Part shown: one piece after another, positions 8,952 to 18,439 of the stretch
Numbering within the stretch: position 1 is the stretch's first letter
How the letters are laid out: every line of letters starts with the position of its first letter
Assembly: GCA_045106895.1 (NCBI GenBank)
Contig: JBGCFM010000001.1
Span: 43,264-107,263 of the forward strand
Length of the DNA: 64,000 bases
From: Polyangiales bacterium
Lineage (GTDB): Bacteria > Myxococcota_A > Polyangia > Polyangiales > Houyiibacteriaceae
Direction: 5' to 3'
Notes under the pieces: model-generated
The model's database searches: none
Seen by the model: the letters and a program-made list of their open reading frames with translations, nothing else
Told to the model about the DNA's origin: nothing
Made by a program: the position numbers and the translations under genes

Positions 8952-10061
8952 ATGCATCCCGACGAGCGTCCTCGCATCAGCCTGCGCCAGCTGCTCCAAG
9001 TCATGATTCAGCGCGGAGCTTCGGATCTCCACATCACGACGAACACCCCCCCGCAGCTGCGCATCGATGGCAGCCTCGCGCCACTTCGCACCGACAAGCT
9101 GAGCCCCATCGCCACCAAGCAGCTCTGCTACGAGGTGATGACCGAGGAGCAGAAGGTGAAGTTCGAGCGCAACAACGAGCTCGACTTCTCATTCGGCATG
9201 AAGGGCCTGTCGCGTTTTCGCGCCAACGTCTTCATGCAACGCGGCGCCGTCGCCGGCGCGTTCCGTGCAATCCCTTTCAACATTCGGAGCCTCGGCGACC
9301 TCGGTTTGCCAAGCGTGGTCGGCGAGATCGCGAATCTTCCTCGCGGCCTCGTCCTCGTCACCGGTCCTACCGGCAGCGGCAAGTCAACGACGCTCGCCGC
9401 CATCATCGACAAGATCAACTCTGAGCGGCGAAGTCACATCGTCACCGTCGAAGATCCCATCGAGTACCTCCACGACAACAAGCTCTGCGTTGTGAACCAG
9501 CGCGAGATCGGTGCCGACACGGAGTCGTTCAAAGGTGCGCTGAAGTATGCGCTGCGTCAGGACCCCGACGTCGTTCTCGTCGGCGAGATGCGCGACCTTG
9601 AGACCATCGAAGCGGCGATGACCATCTCCGAGACGGGTCACCTTGTCTTCGCCACCTTGCACACGAACAGCGCAGTCCAGTCCATCAACCGCGTCATCGA
9701 CGTTTTCCCGCCGCATCAGCAGTCACAGATTCGAGCCCAGCTCTCCTTCGTTCTCCAGGCCGTCGTCACCCAGATGCTCATGCCTCGCGCCGATGGACCC
9801 GGGCGAGTTTTGACGGCGGAGGTGATGATCCCGAACTACGCGATCCGAAACTTGATCCGAGAAAACAAGGTCCATCAGATCTACGGCATCATGCAGACGG
9901 GTCAGGGTTCCACCGGCATGCAGACCATGAACCAGGCCCTCATCCACCTAATTTCCGGCGGATACATCACGAAGGAAGAGGCCCTGAACCGGTCTCCAGA
10001 GCCCAAAGAGCTGAAGTCGATCATGGAGCAAGGACGGCGTAGCGGCCCCGGACCACGATGA
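8952..10061 (+). CDS. pilT: Type IV pilus retraction ATPase PilT
   Basis: ASDLH, Walker A GPTGSGKST, TVEDPIE, LRQDPD, GEMRD, LHTNS, AIRNLIRE motif. Confidence 0.96.
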   Translation: MHPDERPRISLRQLLQVMIQRGASDLHITTNTPPQLRIDGSLAPLRTDKLSPIATKQLCYEVMTEEQKVKFERNNELDFSFGMKGLSRFRANVFMQRGAVAGAFRAIPFNIRSLGDLGLPSVVGEIANLPRGLVLVTGPTGSGKSTTLAAIIDKINSERRSHIVTVEDPIEYLHDNKLCVVNQREIGADTESFKGALKYALRQDPDVVLVGEMRDLETIEAAMTISETGHLVFATLHTNSAVQSINRVIDVFPPHQQSQIRAQLSFVLQAVVTQMLMPRADGPGRVLTAEVMIPNYAIRNLIRENKVHQIYGIMQTGQGSTGMQTMNQALIHLISGGYITKEEALNRSPEPKELKSIMEQGRRSGPGPR

Positions 10062-10140
10062 TCCCCGCCGCAAGACCGACCCGTTTGAGGGGCATGATTT
10101 CGCCGGCGCTTGACGCAGAGCGCTTCGGCCAGCCATTCTA

Positions 10141-11187
10141 GTGGTGAGGTTTTCAGTGCTGAGCGGGAAGAATCCAACACATCGATCTGTGCAGGCGGGC
10201 ATCGTAGCCCTCGTACTGCTGTTGGGCGCTCCTCTGTGGGGCGACTCCTTCGGAAGTACGGCTTCCGCACAGGACGCTCAACAAAGACAGGGTGCCGCAG
10301 ACGCTTACGACCGAGGGAGCGCTGCTTTCCTTGCGGAAGACTACGCCGCCGCAGGCCGTTGGTTTGAGACCGCGAACCGTCTCGCACCAGCCGCGCCCGC
10401 ACTACTTCAAGCGATTCGTGCGCACCGCCGCGCCGGCGATGATGTCCGAGCGGGAACGTTGTCGCTCCGTCTCATGGACACCTACGAGGGGAACGCCGCT
10501 GCGGAGGCCGAAGAAGTCATCCGAGAGCTCTCACCCTCGCTCGTCCGAGTCGATATCGTTTGCAGCGAATGTGCTGTGCAAGTCGACGGCTCCCTCGCGC
10601 TACACGACTCGTTCTTCGTAACGCCCGACGAAGAACACAATGTCGTGCTCGGGTTTAGCACCGGTGATGTTGAACGAACGGTGTCGGGTGAAGCAGGTGA
10701 GCGACTTCCAGTCACCGCAAGCGCGCCCATCGCCATGCCAAACCAACGCATTGATGATGGCGGGACGACGAACGGAAACGGCTCCAATCTCGGAACGGGC
10801 GGGACGAACACTCCTCGGCGCGAGGAGAGCGGCGGCATTTCACCCGCACTCTTCGTGACGTCCCTCGTGCTCACCGTCGGCGCAGGCGCGACGCTTGTAT
10901 GGTCGGGCATCGACACGCAGAACGACGCGGAAGTTTACGAGCGCGTTGCGGTGCAAGAGCGGGACCTCGTGCGTGCTCGAGAGCTTCTCGCTGCAGGCCA
11001 AAAGGAAGAAACCCGAACGAACGTCCTGATCGGTGTGACGAGCGGCCTCGCTGTTCTCACAGTCGTGTTCGCAATCATGACGGACTGGGGCGGTGACGAA
11101 GAAGATGAGAGCGCGTCGGTGACTCTCCGTCCCACGCTTGGCGGTGGGGTCGACCACGGCTCCGTTGGTCTGCAAGGGAGCTTCTAG
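10141..11187 (+). CDS. Exported TPR/PEGA-like protein with hydrophobic hairpin and C-terminal Phe
   Basis: Signal peptide; TPR-like AYDRG..AF...DY..A...FE.A; beta region LVRVDIVCSECAVQVDG; two hydrophobic segments; ends GSVGLQGSF; start uncertain. Confidence 0.7.
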   Translation: MVRFSVLSGKNPTHRSVQAGIVALVLLLGAPLWGDSFGSTASAQDAQQRQGAADAYDRGSAAFLAEDYAAAGRWFETANRLAPAAPALLQAIRAHRRAGDDVRAGTLSLRLMDTYEGNAAAEAEEVIRELSPSLVRVDIVCSECAVQVDGSLALHDSFFVTPDEEHNVVLGFSTGDVERTVSGEAGERLPVTASAPIAMPNQRIDDGGTTNGNGSNLGTGGTNTPRREESGGISPALFVTSLVLTVGAGATLVWSGIDTQNDAEVYERVAVQERDLVRARELLAAGQKEETRTNVLIGVTSGLAVLTVVFAIMTDWGGDEEDESASVTLRPTLGGGVDHGSVGLQGSF

Positions 11188-12851
11188 TGGTTGCAGCCCG
11201 AGAGTTGCCACGGAATCTGGCAGGGCGACAGCTCGGGCGTTACGAGGTCCTTACTCAACTTGCGTCTGGCGGGATGGCAGCCGTGTACGTCGCGCGAGCG
11301 CTCGGCGTCGCTGGGTTCGAGCGCCTCGTGGCCATCAAGGTGCTGCACCCACACTTGGCCTACGAGGAAGAGTTCGTCTCGATGTTCCTCGACGAGGCGC
11401 GCCTCGCAGCTCGTATTCGGCATCCAAACGTCGTCCCTACCCTCGACATCTCCGACACCGAAGGGGACGGCTTCTTCCTGGTGATGCAGTACATCGAGGG
11501 GGACCACTTTGGCTCTCTTCTTGGACACGCCGCTCGCGGAGGAGAGCGAATCCCCGCTCGAGCGACTGTCCGAATCGTCTTGGACGCTTTGGGAGGTTTG
11601 GGCGCCGCCCACGAACTCACGGACGAGTTTGGCGACCCTTTGAAGCTCGTTCACCGAGACGTGTCTCCGCACAACGTCATGGTGAGCATCGACGGCAGCG
11701 CGCACCTCACGGACTTTGGTGTCGCAAAAGCAGAGAAACGACTCTCCTCGACCCGCGCCGGGCAGTTCAAAGGAAAGCTCGCCTACATGGCGCCGGAACA
11801 AGCCTCTACGGGGTTCGCCGACCAACGAAGCGACTTGTTCAGCATGGGCATCATCCTGTGGGAGGCGTTGACCGGTCGCCGACTCTTTCGTGCCGAGAAC
11901 AACGCGGCGACGCTGACGAAGATTCTCCACGAAGCGATTCCTCTGCCCTCCGAACTCTGGGACGACCTTCACGCCTACGACGACCTCATGGCAAAGGTCC
12001 TTCATCGCGACGCGGACCAGCGCTTTCAGACGGCAGACGAGTTCGCCGACGCACTCGAAGACGCCGCCGCTACCCACGAGGGCATCGCAAAGCCACGTGA
12101 AATCGGCGAGGTCATGAAACGCTGGCTCGGTGAACGCATCGCCGACCAGAACACGCGCCTGCGAGAGTCCATCGACCTTCTGGGTCGCTCAGACTACAGC
12201 GAGGCAGCGATCCCAATCCCGATGGAGAGCAGCGCATCGAACGTGACGATGTCGGGGCGGCCGCGCCCACCCTCACACAACTCTGCTGTCCTCTCCGTCG
12301 ATACCCTCGACTCCGTCGAGCTTTCGTCGGCGTCCGACGTTGTGCTTGTCGAGCCGGGTAACAAGAACAAGCGCAAAGCGTTGGTCCTTGCCACGCTCAT
12401 CGCGGCGATTCTACTGGGCGCACTCCTCGCAGTCATCCTCGCCACTCCAGATCCGCAGCCGCCGATCGTGAGTTCTCCTCTATTGGACATCGAGCCACCA
12501 GCCGGTGGGGGCGATCAGGAGGCCCAGCCTCAAGCCGAGGCGGAACCAAACCCCACGCCAACGGTCGTCGAAAACGTCGACGTCGACGTGGAAGGCGATC
12601 CTGAACTGGAAGCGGTCACGGAACCCAGCGATGGGGATGAGGCGAGTGTGATGAATCGCCGCCATGAAGATCGAAACCACCGCTCGCACATGCGGCATCG
12701 CCAGCGCGAGACCGAGATGGCCCCGGAGGTGATGGCGGAAACGCCTATGGTAGCCGTTCCAACACCGATGGAAACGGTCACACGCCCCAGCGGAATGGGC
12801 GGGGATAGCTCCTCGATGATGAACGATCTCGAGCTAAACCCGTACCGCTAG
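11187..12851 (+). CDS. Membrane-anchored Hanks-type Ser/Thr protein kinase
   Basis: LASGGMAAVY, VAIK, HRDVSPHN, DFG, YMAPE, SDLFSMG; TM ALVLATLIAAILLGALLAVIL; tail ends NPYR. Confidence 0.97.
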   Translation: MVAARELPRNLAGRQLGRYEVLTQLASGGMAAVYVARALGVAGFERLVAIKVLHPHLAYEEEFVSMFLDEARLAARIRHPNVVPTLDISDTEGDGFFLVMQYIEGDHFGSLLGHAARGGERIPARATVRIVLDALGGLGAAHELTDEFGDPLKLVHRDVSPHNVMVSIDGSAHLTDFGVAKAEKRLSSTRAGQFKGKLAYMAPEQASTGFADQRSDLFSMGIILWEALTGRRLFRAENNAATLTKILHEAIPLPSELWDDLHAYDDLMAKVLHRDADQRFQTADEFADALEDAAATHEGIAKPREIGEVMKRWLGERIADQNTRLRESIDLLGRSDYSEAAIPIPMESSASNVTMSGRPRPPSHNSAVLSVDTLDSVELSSASDVVLVEPGNKNKRKALVLATLIAAILLGALLAVILATPDPQPPIVSSPLLDIEPPAGGGDQEAQPQAEAEPNPTPTVVENVDVDVEGDPELEAVTEPSDGDEASVMNRRHEDRNHRSHMRHRQRETEMAPEVMAETPMVAVPTPMETVTRPSGMGGDSSSMMNDLELNPYR

Positions 12852-12896
12852 TACGACAAACGTCGTCCGCTTTGATTCGCGAAGATTGAGGGGTTT

Positions 12897-12926
12897 TTGA
12901 CCCTGGAATCTCCCTTCCGATAGACT
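12897..12926 (+). promoter_or_regulatory. Putative sigma70 promoter for pilC
   Basis: TTGACC-N18-TAGACT, followed by GGAGG at 12969 before ATG 12982. Confidence 0.45.
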
Positions 12927-12981
12927 GGCCCAGCTCGCATTCTGTGGGCGTGGGCGACATGCCCGCTTGGAGGTTTTCTGC

Positions 12982-14196
12982 ATGGCCGAATGGGTCTGGG
13001 AAGCGCGTGGGCGCAACGGCGAAGTCAAAAAGGGAACGATGGAGGCGGAGAACGCTGAACTCGTTCAGAGCCGACTTCGTGCACAGCAGCTGAACCCCGT
13101 CAAAGTTAAGAAGAAGCCACGGGAGTTCCACATCAACATCGGCGCGCCGGTGACTGAGAAGGAGCTCGTGGTCTTCGTTCGCCAGTTCGCGACGATGATC
13201 GATGCGGGTCTGCCGCTGGTTCAGTGCCTCGATATCTTGTCGACGCAGGGCGGGACCAACAAGCAGTTCAACTCTATCCTCAAAGACGTCAAAGGCTTCG
13301 TCGAGCAGGGCGGTACTTTTTCAGAGGGCCTAGCGCGCCATCCGAAGGTGTTCGACTCGCTCTTCGTCAACCTCGTCGCCGCAGGTGAGCTGGGCGGCAT
13401 TCTCGACACGATTCTGCAGCGCCTCGCCGTCTACATTGAAAAACGAGTAAAGCTAAAGCGCCAAGTGCGTGGTGCCCTCGTCTATCCAACGGCGGTTCTC
13501 CTCATCGCCTTCGCCGTCATCTTCGTCATGATGACCTGGGTCATTCCCGCCTTCGAAGGCATGTTCGAAGAGTTCGGTGGAGCCGACCAGCTACCCAAGC
13601 TCACCAAGGTCATCATCTCGATGAGCAATTGGTTCGTCGGAAACCTCCACTGGATCATTCTGTTCATCTTCGTGTTCACCACGTCGATCAGCTACAGCTT
13701 CCGGACCAAGTCGGGGCGAATATTCTGGCACAAGCTCTTCCTAAATATGCCGGTCATCGGCCCCGTGATGCGCAAGATTGCCGTCGCACGCTTTACGCGA
13801 ACGCTAGGCACCCTGCTCTCCTCTGGTGTTCCGATTCTCGACGCGATGGACATCGTCTCCAAGGCCTCCGGGAATGTCATCGTGGAGAAGGCTATCAACG
13901 ATACGTCGGACCGAATCCGCGAAGGCCAGACGATGAGCGAGCCGCTCATGGCGACGGGTGTCTTCCCGCCCATGGTCGTTCAGATGATTGGCGTCGGAGA
14001 GCAGACCGGTGCCCTCGACAACATGCTGAACAAGATCGCCGACTTCTACGAGGATGAAGTCGATGTCGCCGTAGCCGCCCTGACATCTCTCCTCGAACCC
14101 CTGATGATGGTGTTTATCGGCGGCATCGTCGGCACAATCCTCATCGCGATGTACATGCCTATCTTCGAGATCGCCGGCAAGATCCAGGGCGAATAG
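12982..14196 (+). CDS. pilC: Type IV pilus platform protein PilC (T2SS F family)
   Basis: FVRQFATMIDAGLPLVQCLDIL, AGELGGILD, ARFTRTLGTLLSSGVPIL, GEQTGALD, AMYMPIF. Confidence 0.97.
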   Translation: MAEWVWEARGRNGEVKKGTMEAENAELVQSRLRAQQLNPVKVKKKPREFHINIGAPVTEKELVVFVRQFATMIDAGLPLVQCLDILSTQGGTNKQFNSILKDVKGFVEQGGTFSEGLARHPKVFDSLFVNLVAAGELGGILDTILQRLAVYIEKRVKLKRQVRGALVYPTAVLLIAFAVIFVMMTWVIPAFEGMFEEFGGADQLPKLTKVIISMSNWFVGNLHWIILFIFVFTTSISYSFRTKSGRIFWHKLFLNMPVIGPVMRKIAVARFTRTLGTLLSSGVPILDAMDIVSKASGNVIVEKAINDTSDRIREGQTMSEPLMATGVFPPMVVQMIGVGEQTGALDNMLNKIADFYEDEVDVAVAALTSLLEPLMMVFIGGIVGTILIAMYMPIFEIAGKIQGE

Positions 14197-14203
14197 CCCT
14201 TCT

Positions 14204-15829
14204 ATGTCCGGTGAGACAACGCCGCCAAAAGCCACGGCGGAGGGCATTTCCACGGAGTCCGACCCGAGACTGATTCGCCGGCTCCAAGGACTGCTCCTTG
14301 TTCGACTTGTCGTCGCAACAGTGCTCCTCGGAGGAATGCTCTACGTGACGAGTGACCGGGGGTATTCCGGTTTCACCTCGACGGCGCTTATCGCGCTCAT
14401 CGCGATGACCTTCGCTGGTTCCGCGCTCTTTGGTGGGATGCTCCTCTCCCGTGCCGCCACCACGGCCCTCGTTGGCTCACAACTCGGCTTCGATCTTCTC
14501 CTCGCAACGGGGTTCGTCTACCTCTCAGGCGCAGCATCGAGCTTCTTCACCAGCCTCTACGGCGTCACGATTCTCGCTGCCGCTGTCGTTTCGTCTCCGC
14601 TCGGAACGCGGGTTACCACCGTCGTGGCCGTGGCGCTCTATCTCGTGGTGGCCTTGGGTATCCCGGTGGGAGTGTTCCCTCCGCCTCCGGATCAGCCCCT
14701 GGGCCTTTACGCGCTCCAAGACACCGAGTTGGGTTTTGTGGTGCTCGCGAATCTCTTCGGACTTGGGCTCGTGGGTATCCTCTCTGAGCGCCTAGCGACG
14801 AGACTCGACCTCGCCGGCGCCTCTCTTCGCAAAGCCAAGGAACTCACCCGAGGCGTCGTCGAGTCCCTCACCTCTGGACTACTCACGATGGACCCGAGTG
14901 GCACGATCTCCAGCGCGAACTCTGCCGCCGCACGGCTCCTTGGGAGCGAACCAGACGTGCTCGTTGGTTTGCCGGTCACCCAGTTTCTTCCGCTCGCGGC
15001 GGACCATGGGCGAGGTGAAGGAGAGGCCACGGGCGCGAAAGGGAACACCTTCCCCGTGGGGTACACGAGCGCGCCGCTTCGTGGTGAGCAAGGCGCACTC
15101 GTTCTGTTCACCGACCTCACGGAGATTCGCTCCTTGCGGGAAGCCGCTTCAAGAGCGGACCGACTTGCGACGTTGGGTCGACTCGCCTCCGGACTGGCCC
15201 ACGAGATTCGAAACCCCCTCGGTGCAATTTCCGGCTCGGTGCAAATGGTCCGAGACTCCGTCACCGGGGAGGACAAATCACTCCTCGACATCGTCCTCAG
15301 CGAAGTGGACCGGCTCAACGACCTCGTTACGCAGATGCTCGATGTGGCCCGGCCCCCGGTACTTCGCCGGGCCCCAACACTCATCCATGAATTGTGCGCC
15401 GAAGTCGTGTTGATGACACGCGCGGATGAGTCTTTCCGCAACGTGAAGTTTCGAGCGGAAGGCAGCAGCGCGCCAGTCAACGTCGACTCCGCGCGCTTTC
15501 GGCAGCTCATCTGGAACCTCCTCAAGAACGCTGCCCAAGCCTCACCGCCGGGCGGAGTCGTCTCCCTCGTGACTTCCGAGACCGACGACATGGTGGTCCT
15601 AACGGTCAGCGATGAAGGCGATGGCATCGACGAGAGTCAGCGTGAGCATCTCTTCGATATGTTCTCGAGCGGCCATGACCATGGCATCGGCCTAGGGCTC
15701 GCCGTCGTGCGACAAATCGTCGACACCCACGGTGCTGCCATCCATGTGACGAACAATGAGGATGCGGGCGCTCAGTTCGTCGTGGAGATTCCACTCGAAG
15801 ACCCAGAGAGCAAGGTTCCCCATGCGTGA
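14204..15829 (+). CDS. pilS: PilS-type sensor histidine kinase (multi-TM, PAS, HisKA, HATPase)
   Basis: About 6 TM segments, LAHEIRNPL, NLLKNA, DEGDG, GIGLGL; lies directly after pilC. Confidence 0.85.
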   Translation: MSGETTPPKATAEGISTESDPRLIRRLQGLLLVRLVVATVLLGGMLYVTSDRGYSGFTSTALIALIAMTFAGSALFGGMLLSRAATTALVGSQLGFDLLLATGFVYLSGAASSFFTSLYGVTILAAAVVSSPLGTRVTTVVAVALYLVVALGIPVGVFPPPPDQPLGLYALQDTELGFVVLANLFGLGLVGILSERLATRLDLAGASLRKAKELTRGVVESLTSGLLTMDPSGTISSANSAAARLLGSEPDVLVGLPVTQFLPLAADHGRGEGEATGAKGNTFPVGYTSAPLRGEQGALVLFTDLTEIRSLREAASRADRLATLGRLASGLAHEIRNPLGAISGSVQMVRDSVTGEDKSLLDIVLSEVDRLNDLVTQMLDVARPPVLRRAPTLIHELCAEVVLMTRADESFRNVKFRAEGSSAPVNVDSARFRQLIWNLLKNAAQASPPGGVVSLVTSETDDMVVLTVSDEGDGIDESQREHLFDMFSSGHDHGIGLGLAVVRQIVDTHGAAIHVTNNEDAGAQFVVEIPLEDPESKVPHA

Positions 15830-16469
15830 GCAACGCGCCCTCCTGCGGCAGGGCTGGCTGATCGCATCGGCTGGAGTCCGTCGCGGTGTCAAACGACGCC
15901 CAGAGTCCGGCGCGTGCGCGGTGTTTGCACATGGTTTCATGGCCGGCGCGGCGGTCATGGACCCGCTCCGGCGCAGCGTGTCCGACAATCTCGGCATCGA
16001 TACCGTGGCTTTTGACTACGGTCCCCTCGCCTCGTTTGATCGGACCGCGAAGCGACTCGCCTCCGTCGCGAGGATGGCGAGCGCCGGGCGCCAACTGATT
16101 CTCGTTGGCCACTCTCTCGGCGGGCTTCTCGCTCGTCACGCGGTGGCCTTCGAGTCGCTTTCGCCGGCGCTGCTCCTCAGCATCGCGACGCCGCATCAGG
16201 GAACCGAACGAGCTACCGGGGTGCCCGGGTCCTTGGGGCGCGCGCTCCGACCGAACAGCGACATTCTCACCAACCTCCCGACCGATTCCCGCGTGCCTCA
16301 CGTCGCCATCGTCGCTGGCGCCGACACCGTCGTAGTTCCGCTCGCGAGCGCCGCCGCGAGTGGCGCGCTCGTTCACACCTTGCCTCGCGTCGGACACAAC
16401 GAGATCCTGTTTCACTCGGAAACGCACGCCATCGTGTGCGAGTCCATTCGGAAGCAGACAAAGCTCTAG
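15822..16469 (+). CDS. Alpha/beta hydrolase (lipase/esterase-like)
   Basis: HGF oxyanion motif, GHSLGG nucleophile elbow, ATPHQGT, DTVV, GHNE. Confidence 0.85.
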   Translation: MREQRALLRQGWLIASAGVRRGVKRRPESGACAVFAHGFMAGAAVMDPLRRSVSDNLGIDTVAFDYGPLASFDRTAKRLASVARMASAGRQLILVGHSLGGLLARHAVAFESLSPALLLSIATPHQGTERATGVPGSLGRALRPNSDILTNLPTDSRVPHVAIVAGADTVVVPLASAAASGALVHTLPRVGHNEILFHSETHAIVCESIRKQTKL

Positions 16470-16541
16470 TGCGTGACTCGACGATTCCGCGCCATCTCTT
16501 CGGTGGCCGCAATGTGGCCGTGCGTCGTTACGAGATGAGCT

Positions 16542-17606
16542 CTAATAGCGTGGCACCCATCGCTCCGCTTGGTACCAGCGCAGCACTTCTTTGAACCCAG
16601 CTTCAAAATGCGGGTAGCGCGGCTCCCAACCAAGGCCACGCAACTTGCGCGTCTGCACAACGCGGCTTCGTCGCAAGTCTGCCAAGATCTCGGCATCGAA
16701 GCGAGGTCGGAGAGCCGGCTTGAGGTCGTGCCGCGCGATGACGGCGCGCCATCCGGCCAGGGTGGTCACGTCGAGTCCCGCGGACAACGTGCCGCTGAGC
16801 GCGTCGAGGAGCCCGTCCAGGACAGTCCCGGGCGGAGTGGGCACGGGCCAAGTTTTGAGCCCGTAGGCATGGAAGGTCGCTGTGAGACGCTCACCGAGAG
16901 GCATCGGGTCGTTGTCAGCAACATTAAAAACCTCGCCCTCGCAAGCCTCGTGTTCGAGAACGAAGAGCGCTGCGCGTGCAACATCTTCTGCGTGCACCAT
17001 CGAGCCACGAGGCCCACCGACGGGGCGCGGCAAGCGCGGCGAAAGAAGGCGAAGGAGTGGCCCGATGGCGAGAAGCGCCGCACCAAAGTGCCGGCCTCGC
17101 CTTCCGTAAATAGGCGCAGCTCTCAGCACGGTCCAGGGGCAGCCGCTCTTCCCGGCGTTACCGCGGAAGTAGAGTTCGCCGCCGAGCTTGGACATGCTGT
17201 ACGGCCCCTCCGGCGCGAGCCGTGAGGACTCGACGCGGGGGTCCGACGACGGCGCATAGAGCGTAGCCACACTGAGGTGAACGAAACGTGAGCAGCCGGC
17301 GCGCGTGGCCGCCTCGTGAAGGTCGGCGACGGCCTCGCTGTTGATGGCAGACAGCGTCGCGGCGTTTTCGCGCACGTCGAGGACGGCGGCGGTGTGAATG
17401 ACGGCATCACACCCCTTGAGGAGGGCGTCCATGCACGAGGGGTCTCGAAGGTCCGCGGGACGAACCTCCCCACGTACCGGCGTTCGAATTCCACGTGCGC
17501 TGACGTCCGACGCGATCACCCGGTGACCGGCGGCCTCGGCGAGTGACATCACATAGTTGCCGACCGTTCCACGCGCGCCGGTGACCAAGACTGTCTTCCG
17601 CTTCAT
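16542..17606 (-). CDS. NAD-dependent epimerase/dehydratase (extended SDR)
   Basis: VTGARGTVG, YSMSK, VHAEDVARA. Confidence 0.9.
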   Translation of the reverse strand: MKRKTVLVTGARGTVGNYVMSLAEAAGHRVIASDVSARGIRTPVRGEVRPADLRDPSCMDALLKGCDAVIHTAAVLDVRENAATLSAINSEAVADLHEAATRAGCSRFVHLSVATLYAPSSDPRVESSRLAPEGPYSMSKLGGELYFRGNAGKSGCPWTVLRAAPIYGRRGRHFGAALLAIGPLLRLLSPRLPRPVGGPRGSMVHAEDVARAALFVLEHEACEGEVFNVADNDPMPLGERLTATFHAYGLKTWPVPTPPGTVLDGLLDALSGTLSAGLDVTTLAGWRAVIARHDLKPALRPRFDAEILADLRRSRVVQTRKLRGLGWEPRYPHFEAGFKEVLRWYQAERWVPRY

Positions 17607-17617
17607 GTTCCACTCCC

Positions 17618-18439
17618 TTAAGGAGTGTCTAGCGCGCCTCGCCAGGTCTTCAAGGTTGTCTCGGGGTCGCCCTGGCGCATCAAACCTTCACCGATGAGCG
17701 CAGCATCCGCGCGGCCTGCGGCAACACGCGCGAAGTCGCTCTGCGTGCGAATCCCGCTCATGTAGATAGCCACTCGCTCGGCGGGTATCCGGTCGACGGC
17801 ACGCGCAGCGGCACCAGGGTCTACATCGAAGGTGGTCAGGTCTCGCGCGTTGAAACCAACAATGGCTGCGCCGGTGTCGATAGCAACGTCGAGTTCGTCC
17901 GGGCTTGCAGCCTCCACCACGGGCGCGAGGCCACGCGCGGCGCACGCGTCGACGAGTTCTTGGAGGAGCGAGACCTCCAGAGCCCGAACGATCAGCAGGA
18001 CATAGCGAGCGCCCATTGAAGCTGCCAAGTCGAGTTGCGTCTCGCCGAGGACGAACTCTTTGAAGAGGACCGGCGCTTCGATGGAGGTCGCCACCCTCCG
18101 CACGTTGAGCGGCGAACCGCCGAAGCCAGGGCCGTCCGCCAGAACGCTCACAGCGCTCGCTCCGCCTCGTGCGTATGCCTTCGCGATCGCGACGACATCG
18201 CCGGCCTTTCGAGGACGAAATACACCTGCGCTGGGGCTCCGAAACTTGAGCTCCGCGATAATGTGTGGGGGGTCGCCCTTCCTTCGGCGAAGGCGCGCCA
18301 CGGCGTCGCTGATTCGCAAAGCCGCATTTTCATGAAGCGGCGCCCGGTACATGTGGGCGAAGCGCTCGCGTCGCGCATTCTCTTTCCGCTTGCGAGCGAG
18401 GATCTGAGCGAGTCGATTACCCGGCGCGGACTCAGCCAT
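17618..18439 (-). CDS. trpC: Indole-3-glycerol phosphate synthase
   Basis: IIAELKFRSPSAG, AVSVLAD, LFKEF, GFNARDL; start trimmed to ATG 18439 overlapping the trpD stop. Confidence 0.93.
   Translation of the reverse strand: MAESAPGNRLAQILARKRKENARRERFAHMYRAPLHENAALRISDAVARLRRRKGDPPHIIAELKFRSPSAGVFRPRKAGDVVAIAKAYARGGASAVSVLADGPGFGGSPLNVRRVATSIEAPVLFKEFVLGETQLDLAASMGARYVLLIVRALEVSLLQELVDACAARGLAPVVEAASPDELDVAIDTGAAIVGFNARDLTTFDVDPGAAARAVDRIPAERVAIYMSGIRTQSDFARVAAGRADAALIGEGLMRQGDPETTLKTWRGALDTP

Noticed and set aside
12925..12940. sigma54 promoter before pilC (TGGCCC..TCGCA)
   Set aside because: GG-to-GC spacing is 8, not the required 10
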